DNA from: Candidatus Cloacimonadales bacterium
GTDB lineage: Bacteria; Cloacimonadota; Cloacimonadia; Cloacimonadales; JAIOQZ01
Assembly: GCA_963674825.1 (NCBI GenBank)
Contig: OY771587.1
Coordinates: forward strand, 2,560,001-2,624,000
Reading direction: 5' to 3'
DNA length: 64,000 bases
In this document: positions 18,757 through 27,206 of the stretch, piece after piece
How the letters are laid out: each line of letters starts with the position of its first letter
Position numbering within the stretch: position 1 is the first letter of the stretch
The notes under the pieces: generated by a model
What the model was told of the DNA's origin: nothing
Database searches by the model: none
What the model saw: the letters and a program-made list of their open reading frames with translations, nothing else
Made by a program: the position numbers and the translations under genes

Positions 18757-21114
18757 ATGAAAAACTCTGTACTAATAACGTTGCTTATTTTATTTGTTGC
18801 ATGTCAATCGCTCATTGCGGTTCAAAAAGTACACCTCTGGCACACCATGGAGCCGAACAAACGCCCTCTGCTGGCGGAAGTCGTCGATCAATTCATGCAA
18901 GACAACCCCGATATCGAAGTTATTCTGCTATCGAAGAATGTTGAAGAGCTTCGAACCGGTTACCAGGCTGCTGCTGCCTTTACCGGCGGTGGACCGGAAC
19001 TGGTTTACGGCCCCATGGATCAGATCGGACCTTTCGAGGTCATGAAGCTCAAGAATAGCGATAAAAGCATCATCATGCCGCTGGAAGAGGTGTTCCCCGA
19101 AGAGTTTTTCGAGAAATTCACGCCCAACGGGCTGATCCGCTACAAGGGTCACCTTTACATGATTGCAGACCGCATTGGTAACCACCTTGCTTTACCTTAT
19201 AATAAAAGACTTTTCGACGAAGAAGGTATCCCCGGACCGCCTCAGACCATCGAAGAGCTGATCGAATATGGTCAGAAGCTTACAAAGGATACCGATGGTG
19301 ATGGTAACATCGATCAGTGGGGCCTCGTCTGGAACTACACAGAACCATTCTGGTACATTCCGTTCTTCGGCGGTTACGGTGGAAAGGTTTTCGATGAAAA
19401 CGGCAAACCAGAGCTGGGCTCGCAGGCTGCTGCCGACGCCTTCCGTTTGATCAAGGACATGCGCGACGAATATAAGATCATGCCGCCTGAATGCGATTAC
19501 GATATCGCGGACAATATGTTTAACCAGGGCAACGCCGGTATGATCATCAACGGCGATTGGTCGTGGCAGAAATACATGAACTCACCTGAAGTCGATTTCG
19601 GACTGGCGAAGATGCCGTATGTCCAGGCGGCAGGTCACTGGTGTAGTCCGATGGTGTCCGCAACGGGCTATTCCATCAATTCCAACACCAAGCCCGAGGT
19701 GATGGAAGCCACCAAGAAGCTCCTGGCCTGGCTTACCGGCGAGGAAGTCCAGAAGCGCTTCGCTTCCGAATTCAAGTCGATCCCGTCCATCAAGACCCTC
19801 TACAACGATCCCGAATTTACCAACGATCCCATCGTCAAGACATCCGCCGCGCAGATCGAAGCGGGACAGCTCATGCCGATTGTTCCCGAGATGCGCGCAG
19901 CCTGGGATGCGATGCGTCCAGCGCTGCAAAGCGTCGTCGGTGGAAACATGACACCCGAAGAGGCCGCCGCCTACCAGCAGAAACTCTGTGTCCAGAAAAT
20001 CAACGACATGTATGAGGTCGCCGGTGAGGGTAGCGGAAGCAGTATTACAAAGTATATCATTTATATTGTGGGTATTGCATTGGGTCTTTACCTGACGTAC
20101 CTGCTCATCTTCAAGTTCATCCTGGCACTGCTCAGGAATCCTTACACCATGGACTCGCGCAACGCCCGGTTCGCAATCCTGATCTCGATTCCCGCCGCCA
20201 TCGTGATGTTCGGCGTGGTGGTCTATCCGTTCTTCTACAACATCGTCCTCTCGTTTTCCAACATGAACATGACCAACGTCAATTCGTGGGAAGTGATCGG
20301 CGTGGAGCAGTACGGTAAGGTGTTGTGGGATTTCGATATGAGCTTCGCAGATTACCGCAGTTCGCTCGGAGATAATTCCGGCGTAGTTATTTTCGACTAC
20401 CTCAAGTATTTCTTCTCGCACCATAAATTCATCACCGTATTTATCAAGACGCTCATCTGGACGATCGTCAACGTGTTCTTCCATGTGACGCTGGGTGTGA
20501 TGCTGGCGATGCTGATGAACAGGAAGCTGCCCGGAAAATCGATTTTCCGCGTGCTGCTGATCCTGCCCTGGGCGGTTCCGCAGTACATTGTAGCACTTAC
20601 CTGGCGCGGGATGTTCATTTCGGACACAGGCGCTATTAACCTCATCCTGGGGCATCTCGGTATAGCCCCTGTAAGCTGGCTATCCGAACCGACGATGGCG
20701 TTCATGGCGGCGATCATCACCAATATCTGGCTGGGATTCCCATTCATGATGGTCATCGCGTTGGGAGGCTTACAGTCGATTCCCAAGGAGCTCTACGAAG
20801 CGGCGGAGATCGATGGCGCGTCCTCGTGGAAGCAGTTCTGGAACGTTACGGTTCCGCTGCTCAAGCCGGTGATGGTTCCCGCGATCACACTGGGTACGGT
20901 GTGGACTTTCAACAACCTCAACGTGCTGTGGTTGGTGACCAACGGCGGACAACCCGCGGATCACTCGCATATCCTGGTGACGTACGTCTATCGGGCTGCG
21001 TTCAACCTCTACCGGTACGGCTATGCAGCAGCCTTCAGCGTACTGATCTTCATTTTCCTGGCAATCTTCGGATTGACGTTCATGAATCGCAGCCAGGTCG
21101 CGGAAAAGGCATAG
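18757..21114 (+). CDS. Fused maltodextrin-type solute-binding protein (MalE-like) + ABC permease (MalF-like)
   Basis: Signal peptide, ~420-aa SBP family-1 domain (LPYNKRLF, AGMIINGDW, MPIVPEMRAAW), then TM segments with ILPWAVP, WLGFPFMM and EAA loop ELYEAAEIDGA, in one continuous ORF. Confidence 0.9.
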   Translation: MKNSVLITLLILFVACQSLIAVQKVHLWHTMEPNKRPLLAEVVDQFMQDNPDIEVILLSKNVEELRTGYQAAAAFTGGGPELVYGPMDQIGPFEVMKLKNSDKSIIMPLEEVFPEEFFEKFTPNGLIRYKGHLYMIADRIGNHLALPYNKRLFDEEGIPGPPQTIEELIEYGQKLTKDTDGDGNIDQWGLVWNYTEPFWYIPFFGGYGGKVFDENGKPELGSQAAADAFRLIKDMRDEYKIMPPECDYDIADNMFNQGNAGMIINGDWSWQKYMNSPEVDFGLAKMPYVQAAGHWCSPMVSATGYSINSNTKPEVMEATKKLLAWLTGEEVQKRFASEFKSIPSIKTLYNDPEFTNDPIVKTSAAQIEAGQLMPIVPEMRAAWDAMRPALQSVVGGNMTPEEAAAYQQKLCVQKINDMYEVAGEGSGSSITKYIIYIVGIALGLYLTYLLIFKFILALLRNPYTMDSRNARFAILISIPAAIVMFGVVVYPFFYNIVLSFSNMNMTNVNSWEVIGVEQYGKVLWDFDMSFADYRSSLGDNSGVVIFDYLKYFFSHHKFITVFIKTLIWTIVNVFFHVTLGVMLAMLMNRKLPGKSIFRVLLILPWAVPQYIVALTWRGMFISDTGAINLILGHLGIAPVSWLSEPTMAFMAAIITNIWLGFPFMMVIALGGLQSIPKELYEAAEIDGASSWKQFWNVTVPLLKPVMVPAITLGTVWTFNNLNVLWLVTNGGQPADHSHILVTYVYRAAFNLYRYGYAAAFSVLIFIFLAIFGLTFMNRSQVAEKA

Positions 21115-21124
21115 GGAGGGTCGC

Positions 21125-21961
21125 ATGAATAAGTTCAAGAAAACCATGACAGCAATAATCGTTTACGCGATCGTCCTCTTATTCGTGGTCATCGCGGTAT
21201 ATCCCGTAATGCGCATCCTGACCATCTCGCTGCGGCCGGGCGACAATCTGCTCAACCGCTCACTGGCGATTATCCCGCAGGATGCTACGTTCGATAACTA
21301 CGTTCGCTTGTTCACCGAAAAGCCATTCCTGCTCTGGATCCGCAACAGCCTGATGATCTCCATCACGGTGACGGTGATCGGCGTGGCGTTCGCCTCACTT
21401 GCTGGATACGCGTTCTCTCGGTATCGGTTCCCGGGTCGTAAGGCTGGTCTTCTAAGCCTGCTGATCACGCAGATGTTCCCGGCGACGATGCTGCTTCTGC
21501 CGCTATTTATCATGCTTTCCAAGCTGAATCTGATCAACAGCTTCCTCGGCCTGATCATCATGTACAGCGCGACGGCTCTGCCTTTCAGCATTTGGCTGAT
21601 GAAGGGCTATTACGACACGATCCCGTTCAGCCTCGAGGAATCGGCCATGGTGGATGGTGCGGGACGGTTTTACTCATTCTGGAAGATTATTATGCCGCTG
21701 GCAGCTCCAGCGCTGGTCATCACAGCGCTGTTCAGCTTCATGGCGGCTTGGAACGAATACATTGTGGCAGCACAGGTGCTGTGGTATGAGGAAATGTTCA
21801 CAATCCCATTGGGGCTCAAGAGTCTTCAGGGCAACATGACCACCGAATGGGGTATGTATGCCGCTGGTTCGCTCCTGATCAGCATCCCGGTGGTAGCGCT
21901 TTTCCTGTTCCTCAGCAGGTGGCTTGTGTCGGGTCTCACGCTTGGCAGTGTCAAGGGTTGA
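21125..21961 (+). CDS. malG: Maltodextrin ABC transporter permease, MalG-like
   Basis: GYAFSRYRFPG, QMFPATM, KGYYDTIP, EAA loop LEESAMVDGA and GLTLGSVKG motifs. Confidence 0.9.
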   Translation: MNKFKKTMTAIIVYAIVLLFVVIAVYPVMRILTISLRPGDNLLNRSLAIIPQDATFDNYVRLFTEKPFLLWIRNSLMISITVTVIGVAFASLAGYAFSRYRFPGRKAGLLSLLITQMFPATMLLLPLFIMLSKLNLINSFLGLIIMYSATALPFSIWLMKGYYDTIPFSLEESAMVDGAGRFYSFWKIIMPLAAPALVITALFSFMAAWNEYIVAAQVLWYEEMFTIPLGLKSLQGNMTTEWGMYAAGSLLISIPVVALFLFLSRWLVSGLTLGSVKG

Positions 21962-21978
21962 GATTTCATAATGTATTC

Positions 21979-22006
21979 TTGACGAAACAAATATACGTGG
22001 TATTTT
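21979..22006 (+). promoter_or_regulatory. Candidate sigma70 promoter for the outer-membrane/surface part of the glucan locus
   Basis: TTGACG - 16 nt - TATTTT with TG extended -10. Confidence 0.5.
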
Positions 22007-22131
22007 ATTAGAGGAGTCAGGAGCCATGAGAAAGTTTCTCCTGGAATCTGACGAATATCCTTTGATTGATTCGAGGGCATAACCTCGGGGTGATGTTTTT
22101 TGCATACTAAAATAACAACAGGAGGTTCATC

Positions 22132-23514
22132 ATGAGACGAATCGGTATCGTACTGATCCTTGTTTCATTTGCAATGATCTTGAATGCGGAAATTGGATGG
22201 AGTGGTAATATCTGGCCGAATTCGGCTACGTTCCACGTCCCCACGGAAGACTTAACAATTTACTACCAGATCTGGAAAGACGGAGTGACCCCGGGTGATG
22301 GCCAGGGCGAAGACCTTGAAGCCAATTTCTACTACAGGCTTTCCGGCGAATCTGAATTTGCTTCGATGGCAATGTCCTATCTTGGTGAAGTCGGCAACAA
22401 CGACGAATACAACGTCATTATCGAAGCCGGTACATTTACCACCGGCGACCAGGTCGAATTCTTCTGCGAAGGGCACGACCTTGCTGACGACACTTATTCA
22501 TATGGAACTGACCAGGCTGGTGCAGGTCCATTCACTTCCGATGCTCCGGGAACCTATATCTTCGGTTCACCGCTGCAGCAGAATGTGACGGTTACCTTCC
22601 AGGTCGATCTGACACTGGTTGGCGTACAGGGCGATGTCTCGGTTGCCGGTTCGTTTAACGACTGGTCTGCCGGTACGAATATGCTTACCGATCAGGGCGA
22701 CAACATCTATGCAGGTGAAGTTCTCTTTTTAGCTGGTACAACCCCGATGATCGAATACAAATTCGTAAACGGCGGTAGCTGGGAAGATGCAATCGGTAAT
22801 CGCACGCTTGAGATCGACGACACCAACTCCACAATGGTTCTTGATGTTGTCTATTTCAACGACGACGATCCTGCAAACTACACCACCCAGGATGTAACGG
22901 TTACCATCAACTGTGATGTTGCCGATTCTGTGAATGCTGGTGTCGATTTCACAACCCTTTCCATTTGCGGTAGCGCATCTCCGCTCGATTGGGATTTCAC
23001 CGCGAACACCAATCCTCTTACCGACCAGGGTGACAACATCTGGTCGATCGACGTGACCTTCCCGGCTGGTTCCGAGAAGAACGTCGAATTCAAGTTCGCA
23101 CGCAACAGCATGGACGTGGAAGCTCCCGCTTACACCAACCACACCATGACGATCGACGACGCGGCTGCTACCCAGACAGTCGATGTAGTGTACGGTCAGA
23201 TGACCAACGACGTTGATGGCGGAACCGTTCCCGAATTCCAGACCGTCAATCTGCGTAACTACCCCAATCCCTTCAATCCTGAGACAACCATTGCTTTCAA
23301 CCTTGAGAAAGCACAAAACGTCGAGCTCGCGATTTACAATCTGAAGGGCCAGAAAGTTCGTTCACTCTTCCAGGGCAAAGCTCCGCAGGGTGAAACTCGC
23401 ATCGTATGGCACGGCCTGGACGATAACGGCAAGTCTGTTTCCTCTGGTGTGTACCTGATGCGCATCAAAGGTGGAAGATTCACAGCTTCCGGCAAAGTCA
23501 TCCTGCTTAAATAG
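22132..23514 (+). CDS. Secreted non-catalytic alpha-glucan-binding protein: amylopullulanase-like accessory domain + two CBM20-like modules + FlgD-Ig/T9SS-like C-terminal tail
   Basis: Signal peptide; GVT..GQG...GNNDEY domain; two VT..F/I..D...G....W...LTDQGDNI...EY/FKF....WE...NR/NH repeats; NYPNPFNPETTIAFNL...SSGVYL tail. Confidence 0.65.
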   Translation: MRRIGIVLILVSFAMILNAEIGWSGNIWPNSATFHVPTEDLTIYYQIWKDGVTPGDGQGEDLEANFYYRLSGESEFASMAMSYLGEVGNNDEYNVIIEAGTFTTGDQVEFFCEGHDLADDTYSYGTDQAGAGPFTSDAPGTYIFGSPLQQNVTVTFQVDLTLVGVQGDVSVAGSFNDWSAGTNMLTDQGDNIYAGEVLFLAGTTPMIEYKFVNGGSWEDAIGNRTLEIDDTNSTMVLDVVYFNDDDPANYTTQDVTVTINCDVADSVNAGVDFTTLSICGSASPLDWDFTANTNPLTDQGDNIWSIDVTFPAGSEKNVEFKFARNSMDVEAPAYTNHTMTIDDAAATQTVDVVYGQMTNDVDGGTVPEFQTVNLRNYPNPFNPETTIAFNLEKAQNVELAIYNLKGQKVRSLFQGKAPQGETRIVWHGLDDNGKSVSSGVYLMRIKGGRFTASGKVILLK

Positions 23515-23523
23515 CCTCATTTA

Positions 23524-23565
23524 TTCTCCCTCCGTCAGAAGGCGGAGGGAGAAAATTTATTTATT
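23524..23565 (+). terminator. 13-bp intra-operon hairpin (partial terminator or stabiliser)
   Basis: TTCTCCCTCCGTC-AGAA-GGCGGAGGGAGAA followed by AATTTATTTATT. Confidence 0.6.
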
Positions 23566-23575
23566 GGACGCGTCT

Positions 23576-24673
23576 ATGAAGTGGTTTCTTACACTGACAG
23601 TTCTCGTATTTTCAATCGCACTCACCGCCGTCACTGCATCCGACCTTTCGGGACGTATCGTCATTGACGGCTATAGCGACGATTTCGCAGCAGATGAATT
23701 CATTCTGAGCGATTCCACCGGCGTACCGCTCGAGTACTACAATGACTCTCGCTGGGGCGAAAACAACGACGTACGGCAAATCAAGGTAACATGGGATCAG
23801 GATTTCCTCTACGTCGCCGTCGATGCAACCTGCTGGGATAATAACGTCATCCTCTACATCGATATCTACGACGACTATGGTATTGTAGATATGGATGACA
23901 TGAACACCTGGAATCGTCTCTTCCGTTTTTACAACCTCAATCCGGATTTCTTTCTCGCGACCTGGGACACCAACACCAACCCGCAATTCTGGGTAGTGGA
24001 TGAAGGTTACACCGACTATGCGATCGAAGGTGGAAGCGCCAGCCTCGGCTATGAGGACTACGCTACTTTCGATACAGGCGGAAGCGGTCGTGCCCTGGAA
24101 GCGAAAATCCCTTGGGCCGAGCTCTACTACAGCGAAGAACGCTCCATGCTCAATTACCCTACCATCAAATTCGTATCGGTTATTACCGGTGGCGGTGACC
24201 ACACAGCCGGTCCCGATGCTGCGCCTGATAACCAGAGCGGTATGCCCTCCGATACGCAGACCGTTGTTCTGGACAACTACGTGGAAGTTCCTGTAGATCA
24301 GAACGGCGATGGTGAGCCGGATATGGGGATTATGCCCAATCGTTACACAACGTTTTTCAAGCGTCCACCGTTTGAATCCGAGGCCCTGAAGGTAGAACGT
24401 GTCGTTTTTCATAACGGCAAAGTCTTTGCGCCAACGCGTGGAGAAGCGCTCTCATTCAGCCTGGAAAGCAACCGCGGATCGGTTTTCGATGTTGAGATTT
24501 ATAATCTTGAAGGCAAGAAAATCGGTCTGGCGCCGCTGGTCGATGAACTCGAATGGGAATGGGCCGGACGTGATGAAGACGGAGATGTGGTGCCTTTCGG
24601 AATATACATCCTGCGTTTTATCGCAGATTCTGGAGAGGTCAGTCACAAGGAGGCGGTTGTTCTGATCAAGTAA
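23576..24673 (+). CDS. Secreted protein with CBM9/DOMON-like domain and FlgD-Ig/type-B-like C-terminal tail
   Basis: Signal peptide MKWFLTLTVLVFSIALTA; IVIDG..DDF, VTWD..FLYVA, ILYID, LEAKIPW; tail VFAP...EIYNLEGK..W.GRDEDG.VVPFGIYIL. Confidence 0.6.
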   Translation: MKWFLTLTVLVFSIALTAVTASDLSGRIVIDGYSDDFAADEFILSDSTGVPLEYYNDSRWGENNDVRQIKVTWDQDFLYVAVDATCWDNNVILYIDIYDDYGIVDMDDMNTWNRLFRFYNLNPDFFLATWDTNTNPQFWVVDEGYTDYAIEGGSASLGYEDYATFDTGGSGRALEAKIPWAELYYSEERSMLNYPTIKFVSVITGGGDHTAGPDAAPDNQSGMPSDTQTVVLDNYVEVPVDQNGDGEPDMGIMPNRYTTFFKRPPFESEALKVERVVFHNGKVFAPTRGEALSFSLESNRGSVFDVEIYNLEGKKIGLAPLVDELEWEWAGRDEDGDVVPFGIYILRFIADSGEVSHKEAVVLIK

Positions 24674-24743
24674 TCGGGTTGTGAAACATCCGGTGATTGG
24701 ACAGATGACCATCAATACAAAGAGATAAGGTTTGTAAGTTTTT

Positions 24744-25628
24744 ATGAGAAAAAAGCTGATTAAATCCAGCCCTGTGCATGGGCTGTTTATGCCGTTACTG
24801 ATCATCTTGCTGTTGGTTCCGGCAATCTCCCATGCCGACTTCAAGGGCATGAACCACGGTGCCCGTGCCTATGCGCTCGGAAACGCCTATACCGCTCTCA
24901 GCGATGATCCCACCGCGCTCTTCTGGAATCCTGCCGGCCTCACAAAGGTCAAGCAATACTCATTCACCATGTCTCACCAGAATCTCTATGGAATCTCCGG
25001 ACTGAACAGCGAGATGATCGCGTTTGCGCTGCCATTCCCGTATGTTCGCACAGGATTCGCGTGGACGCAGGTCAATCTTGAGGGTGAATATTACGAAGAC
25101 GTGTTCCATCTTGGAGCTGCATCCATTTTATGGCTGGGCGAAGTCCCGGTTCGCTTCGGCGCGACGCTGAAATATTTCCGCGTAAGTGTTCCTGGCTATG
25201 CAGACGCTAAAGAAGTCGGCAATCCCGACCTCGATTTCGGTGTGCAGGTCGAGCCCGTAAAGGAGCTGACCCTCAGCGTGGTTACCCGCAATATCTTCCA
25301 GCCGGAATTCAAGCTGGTGGAAGAGGGAGAAAAGCTTGATCGACAGTACGTCGTGGGAGCCTGCTACAGTTGGCGGGAGCTCGTCAATTTCCTCGCGGAC
25401 TACAAATGGGAAGGTGACGAAAGCCAGATGAATTTTGGCTGCGAGATGTGGTTTTACGATGTCTTTGCGCCGCGTATTGGTCTGAGTGGTGAAAATCTTA
25501 CCGCCGGCTTCGGCTTGAAATCGAGCTGGTGGACCATTGACGGAGCGGTTTACCAGCACAATGAGCTGGGCAGTACCTATCGATTGACCTTCGGACTGCG
25601 GTTCGATATGGACGACTTTGAACTATAA
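24744..25628 (+). CDS. PorV/PorQ/PorP-like outer-membrane beta-barrel (UPF0164-type)
   Basis: GARAYALGNAYTALSDDPTALFWNPAGL signature; alternating beta-strands; HNELGSTYRLTFGLRF near the C-terminus. Confidence 0.8.
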   Translation: MRKKLIKSSPVHGLFMPLLIILLLVPAISHADFKGMNHGARAYALGNAYTALSDDPTALFWNPAGLTKVKQYSFTMSHQNLYGISGLNSEMIAFALPFPYVRTGFAWTQVNLEGEYYEDVFHLGAASILWLGEVPVRFGATLKYFRVSVPGYADAKEVGNPDLDFGVQVEPVKELTLSVVTRNIFQPEFKLVEEGEKLDRQYVVGACYSWRELVNFLADYKWEGDESQMNFGCEMWFYDVFAPRIGLSGENLTAGFGLKSSWWTIDGAVYQHNELGSTYRLTFGLRFDMDDFEL

Positions 25629-25638
25629 GGATTACTCA

Positions 25639-27147
25639 ATGAAAAAACGAACGATCGCATTGATTCTGATCCTGTTGGTTGCCGCATTGCTGAAGGCCGG
25701 TCCTATTAAAATGGAAGGTTACCTGGAGGGGCAGTTCGGCAGAACCTACGACTCAGATGAATACAAATGGAATATGTGGGATCCGAATTACTATATCGAA
25801 ACCCGCTTCTTTTCCAGTCCTTTGAAAAACGCCGAGATGTTCTTCAAGATCTATGCGGATAACGACAAGGGAACCGACACGTATAAAAACTCCGGACGTG
25901 CGGAAGCGTTGCTTGGCGAAGGCCATGTCCAGTACCTCTACGAGAAATACGGTTGGGGTGCAAAGAGTGTCTTGTTCACCCGTGAAAGCGGTCACTACTG
26001 GACGGACGGCTCCATGCTCGGTATCGTCAATACCGGATCGGTGAACAACGGCGGTAACGGACAGGGTGTCCGCTTCGATACGTGGTATCCGTACGGTGGA
26101 AGCTTCACCTATGTTTTCTCTGATTTCTCATCAGGTGAAGGCGACGATGTGCACCTCATGCGCTATCGTCAGAGCCTATCGGAACGCGTACGCTTTGGCG
26201 TATTCTATCAGAGGAAGAATTATTCCACTGCGCAAGAGAACGACTACAACGAAGTCGCCGCAGTTGATTTCCATGCGGGTATGGGACGCTATATCCTTAA
26301 CACCGAATTTGCATGGAGCGACGTACCTGCTGAGGAAGATGTTCAGGCGCAGAATGACGAATATTCCGGCTTCAACGATTTCTTCAAATCAAATGTCGCC
26401 GCGAAAGCCGAACTCATGGGATTCCGCATTGGAACGGCGAAGCTCGGCTACATCCTTATGAAACCGGGTGTCTGGTCATACGGCGATACGTATCGCAATT
26501 ACATGGGAGAGGATCACCGCAATGAATACGGCTACTGGCTGGATACGAAGTATCTGGTTCCAAACCGCGCTATAACCATTACGTTGAACTACTCTACATG
26601 GCGCAATCAGGTGGCGGATACTGTCTATGTTACGACGCTGCAAGATACTATGTATGTCAGCAAACCCAAGGAAGTTTACAATCCAGGAACCAACCTCTAC
26701 AGCGAGATGTATATCGAGTTTGTGAAAGGCTTCAAGGGTAAGGTTTTCTTCAACAAAAAAGACGAAGAAACCAACAACACATTGGAAAAACACTACGACC
26801 TTTTCATGGAGCTCTCTGTGGAAAACCGGCTCGCCAAGCTCCTTACCCAGTTCAAGATCAAGGACATGGGAGAGGATTCGGAGGTGCAGCTTACCGGCGT
26901 GGAGGTCAGCGTTAATCTCACCGACAAATGGAAGTTCTTCATGCGCGGCATGATTGCCACGGACGATGTGGGTTCGCGTCACAGTATCTTCGGTGAGATT
27001 CAATACCGTCTCAGTGGCAACACCGAGCTCTACCTGCAATACGGACCAAGCTGGTGGGGTCAGTACGGACTGGTCAACGACGACAGTTTTGCAACCGGTG
27101 GCGACATGCAGAAGGAAGTGAAGCTGATCCTCAAAGGATGGTTCTGA
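25639..27147 (+). CDS. Uncharacterised outer-membrane beta-barrel protein
   Basis: Signal peptide; Tyr/Phe/Gly-rich amphipathic strands; C-terminal VKLILKGWF beta-signal. Confidence 0.65.
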   Translation: MKKRTIALILILLVAALLKAGPIKMEGYLEGQFGRTYDSDEYKWNMWDPNYYIETRFFSSPLKNAEMFFKIYADNDKGTDTYKNSGRAEALLGEGHVQYLYEKYGWGAKSVLFTRESGHYWTDGSMLGIVNTGSVNNGGNGQGVRFDTWYPYGGSFTYVFSDFSSGEGDDVHLMRYRQSLSERVRFGVFYQRKNYSTAQENDYNEVAAVDFHAGMGRYILNTEFAWSDVPAEEDVQAQNDEYSGFNDFFKSNVAAKAELMGFRIGTAKLGYILMKPGVWSYGDTYRNYMGEDHRNEYGYWLDTKYLVPNRAITITLNYSTWRNQVADTVYVTTLQDTMYVSKPKEVYNPGTNLYSEMYIEFVKGFKGKVFFNKKDEETNNTLEKHYDLFMELSVENRLAKLLTQFKIKDMGEDSEVQLTGVEVSVNLTDKWKFFMRGMIATDDVGSRHSIFGEIQYRLSGNTELYLQYGPSWWGQYGLVNDDSFATGGDMQKEVKLILKGWF

Positions 27148-27206
27148 TGAATACGACAAACTATATACATGATAAATATTTGAAAAACGATGGAACAGGA
27201 GATAGA

